Virus record (IMG/VR): IMGVR_UViG_3300045988_045053
Coordinates: 87,161-151,160 of that record
Length of the DNA stretch: 64,000 bases
Source: a virus
Strand: one strand, 5' to 3'
Below the pieces are notes generated by a model. The model saw nothing but the letters and a program-made list of their open reading frames with translations, searched no databases and was not told the DNA's origin. Made by a program: the position numbers and the translations under genes. Positions 31,141 through 41,838 of this stretch are shown in pieces (the first letter of the stretch is position 1; every line of letters begins with the position of its first letter).

Positions 31141-32232
31141 TCATAATGTTATGGTTACGCGTAAATCATCTTTCTTAGTTCGTTCTATCTCGACTTCCCT
31201 GTCTGGGAAATCAATAATAGTCCAATCTGGATTCTTATACTTGTCATAATCATTGATTTCAGATGGAATAGGTAATTCTTTAAAGATACCACATCTACCA
31301 TAAAATCCTACACCAATGGCTACGTCAGACGCACCAAATCTATTCTTAAGAACCAATAATGACCTGAAACCATCCTTTAGCTCTTTAATGCAATATCCTC
31401 TATATGTAGACAATTTGCTTCTAAATGGATTAAATAATACCAATACTACATTGGCATCCTCACTCGGAGAACCACTCTCTTTTAAATCTGACAAATCAGG
31501 TTCTTGCAAGCCTTGTTTTAGTCGTTCTGCATTATTAGCATTTCTATTGAACTGCATAATATTGATTGGAGATATCTTACATTTATTTCTAAATGAGACA
31601 CCATATGCCGATATTGTATCAATCTCCTCTTTCTTGCTACGACCCAACTGTGGTCTCACTAAGCCTAAGTGGTCAGTAATTACTGCGATAATTTGTTTCG
31701 GATTATTAAGTTCATAAGTATCTTCATCAACAAAGGTTCCAAATTTCTTTAAATCCTCTATGATTAGAGACTTATACTTCTCTGAATTGAGAGTGCCGTC
31801 ATGTATTATTAGTCTGTCCTCTATAGATTCTAGCCATGGAATACATTCCTGTACTAACTCATAATCCTCATTAGAGAGTGTAGAGTCCTTGCCTCTAGAC
31901 AATAACTCTTTAAAAGATATTTGTTTACCATATGTCTCATATATATGAAGAGAGAGCAATTTAGCAAGTAACTGCTCAGCACTCATCTCCAAAGAGAATA
32001 TAATAAACTGAACATCCTTATCAGAATCAGAGTCCAGTAGAGCCTTATATATAAAGGAGTGAAGCACGAAACTAGTCTTACCGTTACCAGTTCCTGCGGC
32101 AATCAGGTAATAGGTCTCTTGAGTTAATCCGTCAATTATATGCTCCAGCTTAGGCATTCCAAGTGATAATCCTTGATTGTCACCTTCTCTGCCTCTTTTG
32201 ATAAGTTCGATTAGTCTGCTAGTATATGTCAT
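31141..32232 (-). CDS. DnaB-like replicative helicase
   Basis: Walker A AGTGNGKTSF, ITDHLGLV, MQFNRN (DnaB H3/H4-like). Confidence 0.7.
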   Translation of the reverse strand: MTYTSRLIELIKRGREGDNQGLSLGMPKLEHIIDGLTQETYYLIAAGTGNGKTSFVLHSFIYKALLDSDSDKDVQFIIFSLEMSAEQLLAKLLSLHIYETYGKQISFKELLSRGKDSTLSNEDYELVQECIPWLESIEDRLIIHDGTLNSEKYKSLIIEDLKKFGTFVDEDTYELNNPKQIIAVITDHLGLVRPQLGRSKKEEIDTISAYGVSFRNKCKISPINIMQFNRNANNAERLKQGLQEPDLSDLKESGSPSEDANVVLVLFNPFRSKLSTYRGYCIKELKDGFRSLLVLKNRFGASDVAIGVGFYGRCGIFKELPIPSEINDYDKYKNPDWTIIDFPDREVEIERTKKDDLRVTITL

Positions 32233-32852
32233 AGTTCCGTCATAGTATCAAACACTAATTCTTCATATGTTCCATCTTTAAACTTCTCGATGCCTTCCCA
32301 AGCCTTAGACATTATAAAGTCAGCAATGTTGACATTTATCAGATTACATTTGTTCTGCTTAGCCCAATTGACTAACTCTATCACTCTTTTATGATTCTCA
32401 AGTTTCCATCCTATATTCTTGCCATATCTAAAGAACATATCTTCCAAAGTGTTAAACTTCTTAGACCAGTTCTTTAAACTATACTCCCTACCATTAATAA
32501 TGACAATATCTGGGTATGCTTCCCAGAACTCTCCTCCCAGGTCTCCGGAATACTTTCTATAATTCTTAATGAAGTTTTCATTAAAGATTACAGATTCAGG
32601 GTCAAACGTCTGACCCTCTGCGGGAATTTTATACTTCTTAGTAATGACTCCCTTCACCTGTAGACTTAATAATACGTCTCTAAGGCGGGTTTTAGTTATT
32701 GGCATTCCCAGATATCGGATGAGGGAGTCTTTATGTCCCTCTTCTGGTTGTGCCAAGAATAGCAACTCAATCATTAACAACTCCTCAGCAGTAAGCCTAT
32801 ACTGCTCCATTATTAACAACTGATTCTCTATTGTTAAACTTAATTTCTCCAA
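32229..32852 (-). CDS. hypothetical protein
   Basis: 207-aa ORF. Confidence 0.4.
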   Translation of the reverse strand: MEKLSLTIENQLLIMEQYRLTAEELLMIELLFLAQPEEGHKDSLIRYLGMPITKTRLRDVLLSLQVKGVITKKYKIPAEGQTFDPESVIFNENFIKNYRKYSGDLGGEFWEAYPDIVIINGREYSLKNWSKKFNTLEDMFFRYGKNIGWKLENHKRVIELVNWAKQNKCNLINVNIADFIMSKAWEGIEKFKDGTYEELVFDTMTEL

Positions 32853-33390
32853 GCGTATTGATTAATAAGTAAATAACTTACTAATCTATCAGCTGTGATA
32901 CTTTGTTATTCTGATTTCTCAGTGTCCTCAATCACATAAGCTTCGCCTGCTACTTCGTAAGGAGCTATAAACTCTTTAAAGAGTTCTGTCTGCCTTGCTA
33001 CCATAGCCTTGACGTCATAGATTCCACCTTCAAATTCAATTTCACCGCTTTCGTTGACACCACTAGCATGAATGATACTATCAAACGTGTTAGTAAGCAT
33101 TACAAGTTCAAGCAATCTTTCAGTTGTCATGTAATTTTGACCGTTAAGGATTACAAAGATACGATAATCTTGTTACATTTCAAAACGAATCTACTTAAAT
33201 TTCAGGCTCGTAATAAGACTCTGCACATCTAGAGGGCTACGCTCTAAATGCACAGACATCATGCAAATACGATGCTCTGAATGCTTCTCTAACAGCTCTA
33301 ATAGCTTAACAGCATCAACATCAGTAGATACTGTTGAAGTTCTATCAGGCTGCCCTTCAGCACCTATGTTGCAATATAACACTCTAAACA

Positions 33391-34665
33391 TTAGAACCTA
33401 AATATCATTTTAGTTTCTTTGTTCTTCTTAGGAGTAAATTCTCGCCCTTCTAGTAGATTTAATAAATCAGAATCGGCTATAGTGATATAATCCTTACTAC
33501 CAGTACTCTTGCGAAACCATTCTTCTTCAACGGTTCCCTTGATTACTAAAGTAAAGACTTCCGCTACTTTATTCTCTGCCTTTCTAATAACTCTACCTAT
33601 TCTCTGCGTCTTAGACGTAGGACTGGAATCATATCCAAGAATAACGGCTACTGACAGTCCTGGTATGTCAGCTCCTTCATCTAACATCTTAGAAGTATTA
33701 AGTACTCCCACAGATGCTGATTTAAACTCCTCTAAAGTCATCCTTCCCTTCTTCTTAGTTTCCTTACTAGATAGTACCTTACCATACTTGATTTGTTCGG
33801 CAATCTTGATTGTCTTACTAAAAGTAATACATTTCTTGTCTTGCCTATGCTCAAGTATCATATTTGTAAGTTCTATCTTTTTAGGATGTTCATAAATGAA
33901 CTTCTTCCTTGCCTGTAAAGTCCTATTGAAACCCATAGCATGAATTAGAATGGTCTTATTAAGAGCTTTCCATTCATCTGGTTTCTTGTCAAAGTCGGGA
34001 AGCATGGTTTTAGCTAGCTCAATTCTCTTCTGCCATTTAGTAGCACAAGCCATAGCAAGTGTAAAATCATGACCGAAGAAAGCAAAATGCTCATAAAACT
34101 CTCTATTTAACTCATAGTATTTGTCTAGATTGTCTACTTCTACCATGACTTTGTATTCCCTATAAGGAGATAACCAGCCTCTAGCAGTAGCTTCACTAAC
34201 ATCTACTCTATCAACTACTGGACAATACTTCTTGATATAACTATCCTTACCGTCTAGTCGTTCCATAGTTGCAGTTAAACCTAGAATTATTTTATACTTG
34301 ACTACTTCAAATACCTTTCCAAACAGGTCGGAAGCATATTTATGACATTCATCAAGTACTAGCAAATCACATGTCCACTCATGTTTCACAACAGAGTTTA
34401 TTATTAGTACCTCGTACACCATTGGGACTTGCTGCTCTGTTAAATCACTAAGCCATTGTCTCTGTAGTGCACCAGTAGGTACTACTATTATAATTCTTCT
34501 ACCAGAATTCTTAGCCAAGAATCTTTTCATACACATAATGGCAGTTCTAGTCTTACCGAAACCGGTACAATAGACTAAAGAACCACGCAACTTATTATCT
34601 ACCCAACGTTGAACACCAATTGCTTGGCGTTCATCTCTGCTTACGTTTCCGAATAAGTCTGCCAC
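33391..34665 (-). CDS. SF2 (DEAD/DEAH-like) helicase
   Basis: Motif I TGFGKT, II DECHKY, VI QRIGRVIR. Confidence 0.75.
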   Translation of the reverse strand: MADLFGNVSRDERQAIGVQRWVDNKLRGSLVYCTGFGKTRTAIMCMKRFLAKNSGRRIIIVVPTGALQRQWLSDLTEQQVPMVYEVLIINSVVKHEWTCDLLVLDECHKYASDLFGKVFEVVKYKIILGLTATMERLDGKDSYIKKYCPVVDRVDVSEATARGWLSPYREYKVMVEVDNLDKYYELNREFYEHFAFFGHDFTLAMACATKWQKRIELAKTMLPDFDKKPDEWKALNKTILIHAMGFNRTLQARKKFIYEHPKKIELTNMILEHRQDKKCITFSKTIKIAEQIKYGKVLSSKETKKKGRMTLEEFKSASVGVLNTSKMLDEGADIPGLSVAVILGYDSSPTSKTQRIGRVIRKAENKVAEVFTLVIKGTVEEEWFRKSTGSKDYITIADSDLLNLLEGREFTPKKNKETKMIFRF

Positions 34666-34818
34666 TTGTTGTAGGCTAAGCCCTTAATTAATAACTCATT
34701 TGAATCTATTACCTTGAACCCTGTTATTTAATATTAGTAAATTCTCACAAGTTACGTTAAGCAGCTTATACCTACTACATAGTAATCTGGATTAACTGTG
34801 GTCAGCATCCAGAGTACA

Positions 34819-35661
34819 TTATAAAGTATAGCCTTTAGCATCACATACTAATTTAATTTGGTTCTTGCGAGTTTCCCACTGAGATATATGGAACTTCACT
34901 TCATCTTCCAAAGAATACAAGATTCTATTTCTAAGAACCTTTAATTGGTCAGTAGTTAGTTCTGTATACTTCTTACTCTTCAAATTAACCATAGAACGAA
35001 GCTGTGAATAGCTAAGTCCTTTAGGAGTAACATAAAGAGGCATTGTGGGCTTCAGACCTAGTCTTTCCTTCGCCACTTCAATCTTATCTCTTATCTGACC
35101 TGTCTTAGGGTCTTTCTCCACTAAGTCCTTGCTCTCTTGAGCAGTGAACCATAGACCTTGCTTGAGAATAAATGTAAGAGTAATGTGTTGTTTGTTGAAC
35201 TTTCCCAGTCTGTCCAAACAACCTTCGCGTACCGTCTCTGTTGGAATGTCTCCAAACTCTTTAGGACAGCCGCACATAGTTCCTTCAATTGGATACTCTT
35301 TCGGGTCTATACCGTCCTTATTAATATCCAAGAAAGAGACTAACGCCTCTAGGAACTTAAACCTTGGCATATGCTGCTCCTGTTCTAACCAGCGCAAGAA
35401 CAATTCTGCGTTACAACGCTGACGCTGGTCTTTAATAATGTCCAATAGAACATAACGACCAGGATAGTCCTTGTTAGTATTATAGAGCATAGAATCACAA
35501 TGTGCATAGAAATTACGAAGTTCTTCTTCAGTACAATCAACCAAGCGTTTCTCCTCTTGTACTAAAGCTCCATTTACTTCTTGCTTACGACCCTTCCAAA
35601 TGAAAGAGTTGATGTCATTATTCTTTCTATCGATAGCTGATGCCAATTTCTCTCTGAACAT
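34819..35661 (-). CDS. hypothetical protein
   Basis: 280-aa ORF. Confidence 0.4.
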   Translation of the reverse strand: MFREKLASAIDRKNNDINSFIWKGRKQEVNGALVQEEKRLVDCTEEELRNFYAHCDSMLYNTNKDYPGRYVLLDIIKDQRQRCNAELFLRWLEQEQHMPRFKFLEALVSFLDINKDGIDPKEYPIEGTMCGCPKEFGDIPTETVREGCLDRLGKFNKQHITLTFILKQGLWFTAQESKDLVEKDPKTGQIRDKIEVAKERLGLKPTMPLYVTPKGLSYSQLRSMVNLKSKKYTELTTDQLKVLRNRILYSLEDEVKFHISQWETRKNQIKLVCDAKGYTL

Positions 35662-36255
35662 AGATATATCATATTAATTTTAGATAATGGTCTAATCTCG
35701 TTAATTTAGATAATCTTTTACAGTATAATCTCACCTTCTGGTGGTTTCTCATAAACAAAGTCTTCGAAATATATATCGGTATATTTATACTTCTCAAAGG
35801 AGTCAGTGATGGGATTATACCATGTGTCTTCCCCTGCATATACTTCCTTACATTTCAAATACCCGATGTCACCAACTCTTAAGAATGGACCTTCCCAGTT
35901 AGGACATCGGGTACACATTTTATATGTGCCGTTTGACAAATCTTTGAATGCATAGACTATATAACCACCAGCATCTTCCTTACTAGCTAGTAATTCAACG
36001 CGTATGGTATATTGAATCATCATTCCGAGCCCACCAGCTCATTTTGTCGTTTATTAACCCCACCGTCTTTATAATGCACACAACCATACTTGGCGAAATC
36101 ACAAACACTGCGCTCAATACCTCTGAAACAGGGATATCTAGAACAGTCTTTGCAAGTTCTCTCGGGGTATTTGTACTTTACTCCATCTCTGTCCTTATCA
36201 AAACTGTCAGATAGTTTGTTCGCCATGTTCCGAATAGTAGTTTGCCAAGAATTTG

Positions 36256-36669
36256 CTATTTAATCAGTAAGGCTAATAATAAGCCTACACTGATAGCAAA
36301 TCCTCCTATTGACAATGTAGTTAATCTCTTGTTCTTTTTGTTCATCTTAGCTATCTGCTCCCGTTGCTTACTAATAGCTTCATCATACATCTGCATTTGC
36401 AATTCTGCTCGTGCTAGTTGTTGAAGTCTTATACTATCAGTTTTAGCATAGTTAGCAGTTAGTAATTCATAAGATGTAAGCTGTTTATTGAGTTCAAACC
36501 TCTCTAGCTTAAGCTTCTTATGCTCCAGAAATATAAGGTTACTAGCCTTTAATTGCTGTGGAGTAATCACAACTAAAGAGTCATCTACCAGCTTGGGATA
36601 CATATTCTGCGAAGAAAGATGCATCAGCGGCAATAGACTGATTAGTAATATCAATAAGCTCCTTTTCAT
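36256..36669 (-). CDS. secreted/membrane coiled-coil protein
   Basis: N-terminal signal-like MKRSLLILLISLLPLMHLSS, central coiled coil, C-terminal TM segment. Confidence 0.4.
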   Translation of the reverse strand: MKRSLLILLISLLPLMHLSSQNMYPKLVDDSLVVITPQQLKASNLIFLEHKKLKLERFELNKQLTSYELLTANYAKTDSIRLQQLARAELQMQMYDEAISKQREQIAKMNKKNKRLTTLSIGGFAISVGLLLALLIK

Positions 36670-36898
36670 ACCAATTATTAATAGTGTCTATCTTACCTTT
36701 AGAATTGGTAATGACACTAATTAGACTGTCGTTAGTAATTTCTAACTTCCTTACTTCCTTATTGAGCGAGTCTATAGCTTGCTCATATTTAGTGTTGTCA
36801 GGAATAACTACTGTGTTTCTATCCTTGCAAGCCCATGCTATACCAAGGCATATAGCAGCAGCAATCACACCTCCAACGAAAGCATCCTTAAATTTCAT
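36581..36898 (-). CDS. N-terminally anchored membrane protein (overlaps previous gene out of frame)
   Basis: TM segment VGGVIAAAICLGIAWAC, then a soluble domain; 89-nt overlap with 36256..36669. Confidence 0.35.
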   Translation of the reverse strand: MKFKDAFVGGVIAAAICLGIAWACKDRNTVVIPDNTKYEQAIDSLNKEVRKLEITNDSLISVITNSKGKIDTINNWYEKELIDITNQSIAADASFFAEYVSQAGR

Positions 36899-37413
36899 TT
36901 CTGAGACTGATAGTAGTTATAGATAACATTCACTCTATCATTCTTAGAAGTTAATAAGGTATCCAAGCATGTACGTTCTTCATCAGATAGTGATGCTTCT
37001 AGTTCAACCATTTTACGTCCTTCTTCATAGATAGCCTTAGCTGTATCATATCCTTTCAGATACTTGCCAGGGCATTGTTTGAAGAATGCTACTTCCTGGT
37101 CAAGAAGAGCATTAACTACACCACGGTTAATCAATCCGGGGTCAGTACTGTACAGAGCATGATTATGTAGTTTACGAGCCTTACCAAGAGCTATTTGAAC
37201 TCCCATATTCTCATCAAACTCATCTTCTGGTTGACATACAGATACGCCAATAGACAGACATTTATCACTTAAGAGTGCATCTTCATCCCAGTTCTCTGTA
37301 TCTGGGTCAATTTCAGCACATACTTCTTGTGACAATGCAACCATTACGAACTTACGTTCCATGCCAGTAAAATCAACAAAACTGTCAACTCTATACTCAA
37401 CTCTTTCTTTCAT
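36895..37413 (-). CDS. hypothetical protein
   Basis: 172-aa ORF. Confidence 0.4.
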   Translation of the reverse strand: MKERVEYRVDSFVDFTGMERKFVMVALSQEVCAEIDPDTENWDEDALLSDKCLSIGVSVCQPEDEFDENMGVQIALGKARKLHNHALYSTDPGLINRGVVNALLDQEVAFFKQCPGKYLKGYDTAKAIYEEGRKMVELEASLSDEERTCLDTLLTSKNDRVNVIYNYYQSQK

Positions 37414-37477
37414 AAACTTGTAGATTAAATGTTTCCAAATGTAATCTCTTTAGATAAGTTAATCTGATTATAGGCAA

Positions 37478-38119
37478 TTACTTGCGACCTAGACCATTAT
37501 AGAAATCAAGTATTGCATTCTCTTTACGAAGCCAAGTAGCCTGTTCTTTAGCCATATCAAGAATAGTACGACTAATAGATTCTTCTTCTACTTGCTCTTT
37601 AACTAACATACCTTCATCCTCATCCTCTCCATTCAACCATTGGAATGTAGCCCAATCACTCTCTTTTTGAGCTTGGTCTACAATCTTATTAATACCACGA
37701 GTAGTCTCAATCTCCCTATCTACTGTGGCAGCAAAGGGCATGACTCTATCAGTGATTTCAACATTAATGGCTGGAACAGGCGGATATTGGAACAGAGCAT
37801 CGTTAGTGGTTAGATATTCAAATATCCAAGAATGATGCAAATATTCTTCCTTAGCACGACCTCTCCAGTAAATACCTAGCTTTGGTAAACCCTCTACTTC
37901 AAAGTAATTGGCAAAGGTCATATACAGAGCATGGTTGGCAAGTTCGGCTGACATCTGTTTTACCAACATCTCAACCATTACAGTTGATAGTGGGCAAACA
38001 CGTCTAGACTTATCAATCACCTGCTCTGTATACTTCATAGTAGGTTCAGCGCCTATGGTTTGAACTCCTTCGCTTGTCTTCTCCTGTATTGGATTTCCGT
38101 CTTTGTCTAGCATTCTCAC
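37478..38119 (-). CDS. ferritin-like protein
   Basis: VEMLVKQMSAELANHALYMTFANYFE...GRAKEEYLHHSW parallels the FtnA pattern LNxQxNxExxSSxxYLxMxxW...AxEExxHA. Confidence 0.5.
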   Translation of the reverse strand: MRMLDKDGNPIQEKTSEGVQTIGAEPTMKYTEQVIDKSRRVCPLSTVMVEMLVKQMSAELANHALYMTFANYFEVEGLPKLGIYWRGRAKEEYLHHSWIFEYLTTNDALFQYPPVPAINVEITDRVMPFAATVDREIETTRGINKIVDQAQKESDWATFQWLNGEDEDEGMLVKEQVEEESISRTILDMAKEQATWLRKENAILDFYNGLGRK

Positions 38120-38343
38120 GTTCTAACACTTTAAAATTGTTGTTCATTAAATAATCTAGGGGAGCTGCTAGCCAAGTAATATACTTAGCACATGTAATCT
38201 CATCGTCGACTTTAATAAACTGCGATTCCCTTACCTTAATAGGCTTATCAGTAGTATAGAACTTAGAACCTACACATTCTACCCTATCCTTCCTAATGAG
38301 GTATAGTTGTACTTCATATAGAAAGGAAGGATATACTGTTAGT

Positions 38344-38802
38344 TTAACGTCCCCAGAATGGTAGACAGTCGGGGGCGTAGGTTTTGCCATTCCAAGAATA
38401 TTTAGTAACCTGGGACTTCTCTGTCTTATATTTACTTAATAAGAAAGGGATGTCAGATTGAATACATTTATGGCTAAATGTGTTCTTTGGTATAGGTTTG
38501 TTGGTCTTTGGATTCATTTTACCAGTAGTAAAGTTACCACCCTTTACATACACGACCAGAGTTCCAGGAATAGGAATAGATTTGGCAGGAGCCGGCCATT
38601 GATAGCTTGGGGCAGGGAATCGTCTATAGCGTTTCCACAACTTACGTTCTTTAGGAGTTTTACTCCACACACTTGGGTCACGTGGTGTTACAGACGGCTG
38701 TCTTAAATGCTCTGCCACCATGAAAGCATCATCGGTCAAATCCTTGATTCTTAGTCTTTTGAATCTCTCCTCTGGAGTCTCTTTGATAGTTTCCTTCTTC
38801 AT
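38344..38802 (-). CDS. hypothetical basic protein
   Basis: 152-aa ORF, Lys/Arg-rich. Confidence 0.35.
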   Translation of the reverse strand: MKKETIKETPEERFKRLRIKDLTDDAFMVAEHLRQPSVTPRDPSVWSKTPKERKLWKRYRRFPAPSYQWPAPAKSIPIPGTLVVYVKGGNFTTGKMNPKTNKPIPKNTFSHKCIQSDIPFLLSKYKTEKSQVTKYSWNGKTYAPDCLPFWGR

Positions 38803-38833
38803 TACTGATAAGTTTTAATGAGTTAAATATTAG

Positions 38834-39010
38834 TTATTTACCACGTTTGGTATAAACTGCCCCACAGACATTACATTTATAAAGCCTGTTGTCATAATCG
38901 AACAGCGTGTGAGTAGTATCTCTACCACACCTTGCACAATTCATTAACTTAACAGATTCATACACCTTCTTCGGCTTATGAGGTGCCGTACCTTTCTTAC
39001 GTGAAGCCAT
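38834..39010 (-). CDS. small zinc-ribbon protein (58 aa; below the track cutoff)
   Basis: ATG at 39010; MASRKKGTAPHKPKK...CARCGR...CNVCG, two CxxC pairs; TAA at 38834. Confidence 0.35.
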   Translation of the reverse strand: MASRKKGTAPHKPKKVYESVKLMNCARCGRDTTHTLFDYDNRLYKCNVCGAVYTKRGK

Positions 39011-39524
39011 AGCTTAAATTCCTTTAGTTAACTCTTCTAATCTAGTTACTTCTTGTTTGTAATCTTGAATATATTCTTTCAGAGACATGGCATCTGGGTG
39101 CTTACACTCTATTCTATAATCCGCTATTCTTTGAAGACATACAGATATGGGAAGTCCATAACCAATTACTTTAAACTCCTGACGTTCTCCGTCCTTAGAT
39201 TTAATAGTCTTTAGTATAGATAGGTCCCAGAAGTGTAAATTGTCACCTACAGATTCCATTCTAAAGTCAGCTTCTTCAATAATCATACTTGATTATCCGT
39301 AAAGTTAGTATTAGTTTAATCTGATTGTTCTTCTAATACCTTACCTATTAGCCATAAGTATAAGAATGGTGATATGACTGGACATGTCATCCACCAACCT
39401 ACATCCTCCTCTACGACTTCCCAGAAGTATTCTTCATCCAAGTCGTAGTATGCAAGCATGTAGTTCAGTACAATGTTTAGTAAGTAAGACACACCATACA
39501 GTGCGAGCACTATTAATATTACAA

Positions 39525-40001
39525 TCACAATTTCTCTTTCTCTACTCTAAATTGACAACATAGTTTCTGCAACTCGAGTATGACGGGTTCTAAGGTACTA
39601 ACACCCTTAACCAACACTGCTCGTTGGTCTACCGTCCTTCTAGCTAAATGAGATTGGACGCTGGAAACAGCATCTTCGTATCTCTTCTTAATAAGGTCTC
39701 TATTCTCGAAATACTTGGGAATTTTACCATGCAGATATATTAAAGCATCTAATGCCTTAATAAGTTCCTTATGGCTCATAGAAGTAGATATTCTGTCATA
39801 AATAAATACATATCTATCAACTCCGTCTGGAATGATATTTATATATTTATCAGTTTCAGTTCCTTCTCTTCCTACATGGTCTGCTAACCTCACAGTAGCA
39901 GAGAATCCGTTCAATGTGTAGTACTCCGAATCTCCCTTATAATTAGTAGAAGTAAATCCCTTCCTCTTCAGCCACGCTTTTAGTTTGCTCAACCCTCTCA
40001 T
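39525..40001 (-). CDS. hypothetical protein
   Basis: 158-aa ORF. Confidence 0.4.
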   Translation of the reverse strand: MRGLSKLKAWLKRKGFTSTNYKGDSEYYTLNGFSATVRLADHVGREGTETDKYINIIPDGVDRYVFIYDRISTSMSHKELIKALDALIYLHGKIPKYFENRDLIKKRYEDAVSSVQSHLARRTVDQRAVLVKGVSTLEPVILELQKLCCQFRVEKEKL

Positions 40002-40524
40002 CTTGTTTAATCTTCTTTTCCACCTTTCGAAATATCAGGTTTTCGTAAAGTGGACATCTACTCTCCATAGTACAGTCATCATTCCTGTCACGAAAGTAAC
40101 AACCAGCACATCCAGGGCCCCAGTCAATTACTTCCACGAGTTTGTCGTTTACAGTGATAAGGTCTCCTGCCTGTAAAATGGGTATTAATTCATTGTCTTC
40201 GTACTTAAATTTCTGCATATCTAAAGTTAAAAAAGAAGGGCCAAACCCAGACAATCACTAGAGTAGACCTTACCTCATTAGAAGTAAAGAATAATCTAAT
40301 AACTAATCTGAATTTGACCCTAAACGGCAGTACGAATATCGTTCTGCGCGATTAGCACTACATTAAATATAACGTAGCCTAAAGTCCGTTATCATAGATG
40401 ATAACAATAATACCAAGGATTGGCATTAGGTGTGTTGCTAGGAGCAACGAAGAGGAGCCTACACCCCCCCCAGTGATATTCTGGCTGGAATGTCTATTCC
40501 ATAACCTATCACCATACATAAGAA

Positions 40525-40893
40525 CTATTCAAAGTAGTCTGGGAACTTATCTTTTAATATTTCAGATATGTCCACGCCAGTCAGTTCAGCCATAGATAAT
40601 TCTTCCAACATTGCGTCTTCAGAATCGTCCACACTACCGTCAGCGCTATCAATAAGATTGAGCAGTAATTGAGCTTTCTCATCAGTCAGCCCGTCTTGCG
40701 CCCATTTACTTACTACTTCTGCAAAGAATTCATCGAACTCATAAGAAGTTTGCTCGTCTTCATCAGCGATTGCATTCTTCTTGGCAAACAGTTCTTTGAT
40801 GTCTTCATCTGTAATAGTTCCGGCTTTATCATAAGCCGCGTTCAATGACTCTATAAGAGAGTCTTGTTCATCGAATGTCATTGTTGTTAACAA
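40525..40893 (-). CDS. hypothetical acidic protein
   Basis: 122-aa ORF, very acidic. Confidence 0.4.
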   Translation of the reverse strand: MLTTMTFDEQDSLIESLNAAYDKAGTITDEDIKELFAKKNAIADEDEQTSYEFDEFFAEVVSKWAQDGLTDEKAQLLLNLIDSADGSVDDSEDAMLEELSMAELTGVDISEILKDKFPDYFE

Positions 40894-41046
40894 TTAATGT
40901 TAAGAACATGTGAATAGTCTATTCACACCAACCCTCAAGGGCTTAAGATAATGTATGGTAATCAAATCACCATTACAGCAGTGGGGACTGCTTAAACAGG
41001 CATTTCACTCTCAATTATGCCTGTGGTTATGTTAGAATAAAGAAAT

Positions 41047-41409
41047 TCACTTCTTCCAGGATATGAATAGATATTCTCCAACTAAGCCAGGATATCCTTC
41101 TTTATCAATAACCTTAACGAAGAATCGTTTATCTTCGTAGTATTTAAGGATTTCATCCTTGGCTTTAGCTACATCATCATTCAAATCCATAACAAGACTA
41201 AAGTAATTGTTCTCACTCTTAGCCTTAATAAGTTGGTCAGTAGTATCTAGAAACCTCTTAATTAGAGTCTCTTGTGTCACCACTTCATTGTAAGTGGCAA
41301 CTGAATATGCCTCGTCCGCATTCATAGATTCACCTTCCAACAATTTACCAAAATTAAAGATATTCTTCATAATAACTAATAATTGGTTTGTGGTCCAGAC
41401 GAGATTCAA
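41047..41409 (-). CDS. hypothetical protein (start probably internal; track start overlaps the tRNA)
   Basis: The track N-terminus overlaps the tRNA-Arg 3' end; an internal Met at ~41370 is more likely. Confidence 0.4.
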   Translation of the reverse strand: MNLVWTTNQLLVIMKNIFNFGKLLEGESMNADEAYSVATYNEVVTQETLIKRFLDTTDQLIKAKSENNYFSLVMDLNDDVAKAKDEILKYYEDKRFFVKVIDKEGYPGLVGEYLFISWKK

Positions 41410-41464
41410 ACTCGTGACCTTCCCTTTAGGAGAGGGACGCTCTATTCTACTGAGCTACTAGACC
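41391..41464 (-). tRNA. tRNA-Arg(CCT)
   Basis: Cloverleaf GGTCTAG..GCTC AGTAGAATA GAGC..TCCCT CTCCTAA AGGGA..CGAG TTTGAAT CTCG..CCA; anticodon CCT; CCA encoded. Confidence 0.8.
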
Positions 41465-41472
41465 CCTTTACG

Positions 41473-41838
41473 TTATACGTTAATATTCCCAGTGTGTCTG
41501 CCTTTTACTTTAACAGAGTTAGCATCAATGTCTCCTTGTACATTACCACCAACCTCAATACTGTTAGCTTCTATAGAACCTCCCACATTGCCTTTAACTT
41601 TAACACTATTACCATGTACAGCAAATGCGTCTCCGTCAATATCACATGTGTTGCAGTTAAGCTCTTTTACGTTACCAGTAAAACTGATATGTACACTATC
41701 CTTATTCGTTTCAGATATTAATTTACCATTTACGTAAATTTTACGCTTGATTTGTGAGATAGTGATATTGTCCTCTTCAATGTTATAGGACTCATTATCA
41801 ATAAATAACTTATTCATGATTCTTTTTATCCAGTTCAT
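41473..41838 (-). CDS. repeat protein, bactofilin-like beta-helical repeats
   Basis: C-terminal half VKGNVGGSIEANSIEVGGNVQGDIDANSVKVKG, repetitive G.V/I pattern. Confidence 0.3.
   Translation of the reverse strand: MNWIKRIMNKLFIDNESYNIEEDNITISQIKRKIYVNGKLISETNKDSVHISFTGNVKELNCNTCDIDGDAFAVHGNSVKVKGNVGGSIEANSIEVGGNVQGDIDANSVKVKGRHTGNINV

Noticed and set aside
40255-40400. A tRNA in the 40255..40400 intergenic region
   Set aside because: GCAGTACGAATATCGTTCTGCG forms a palindrome, not a cloverleaf. No T-arm/acceptor pairing could be built.
41383-41721. Plus-strand ORF overlapping tRNA-Arg(CCT)
   Set aside because: Runs antisense through a canonical tRNA and an adjacent minus-strand repeat-protein gene.
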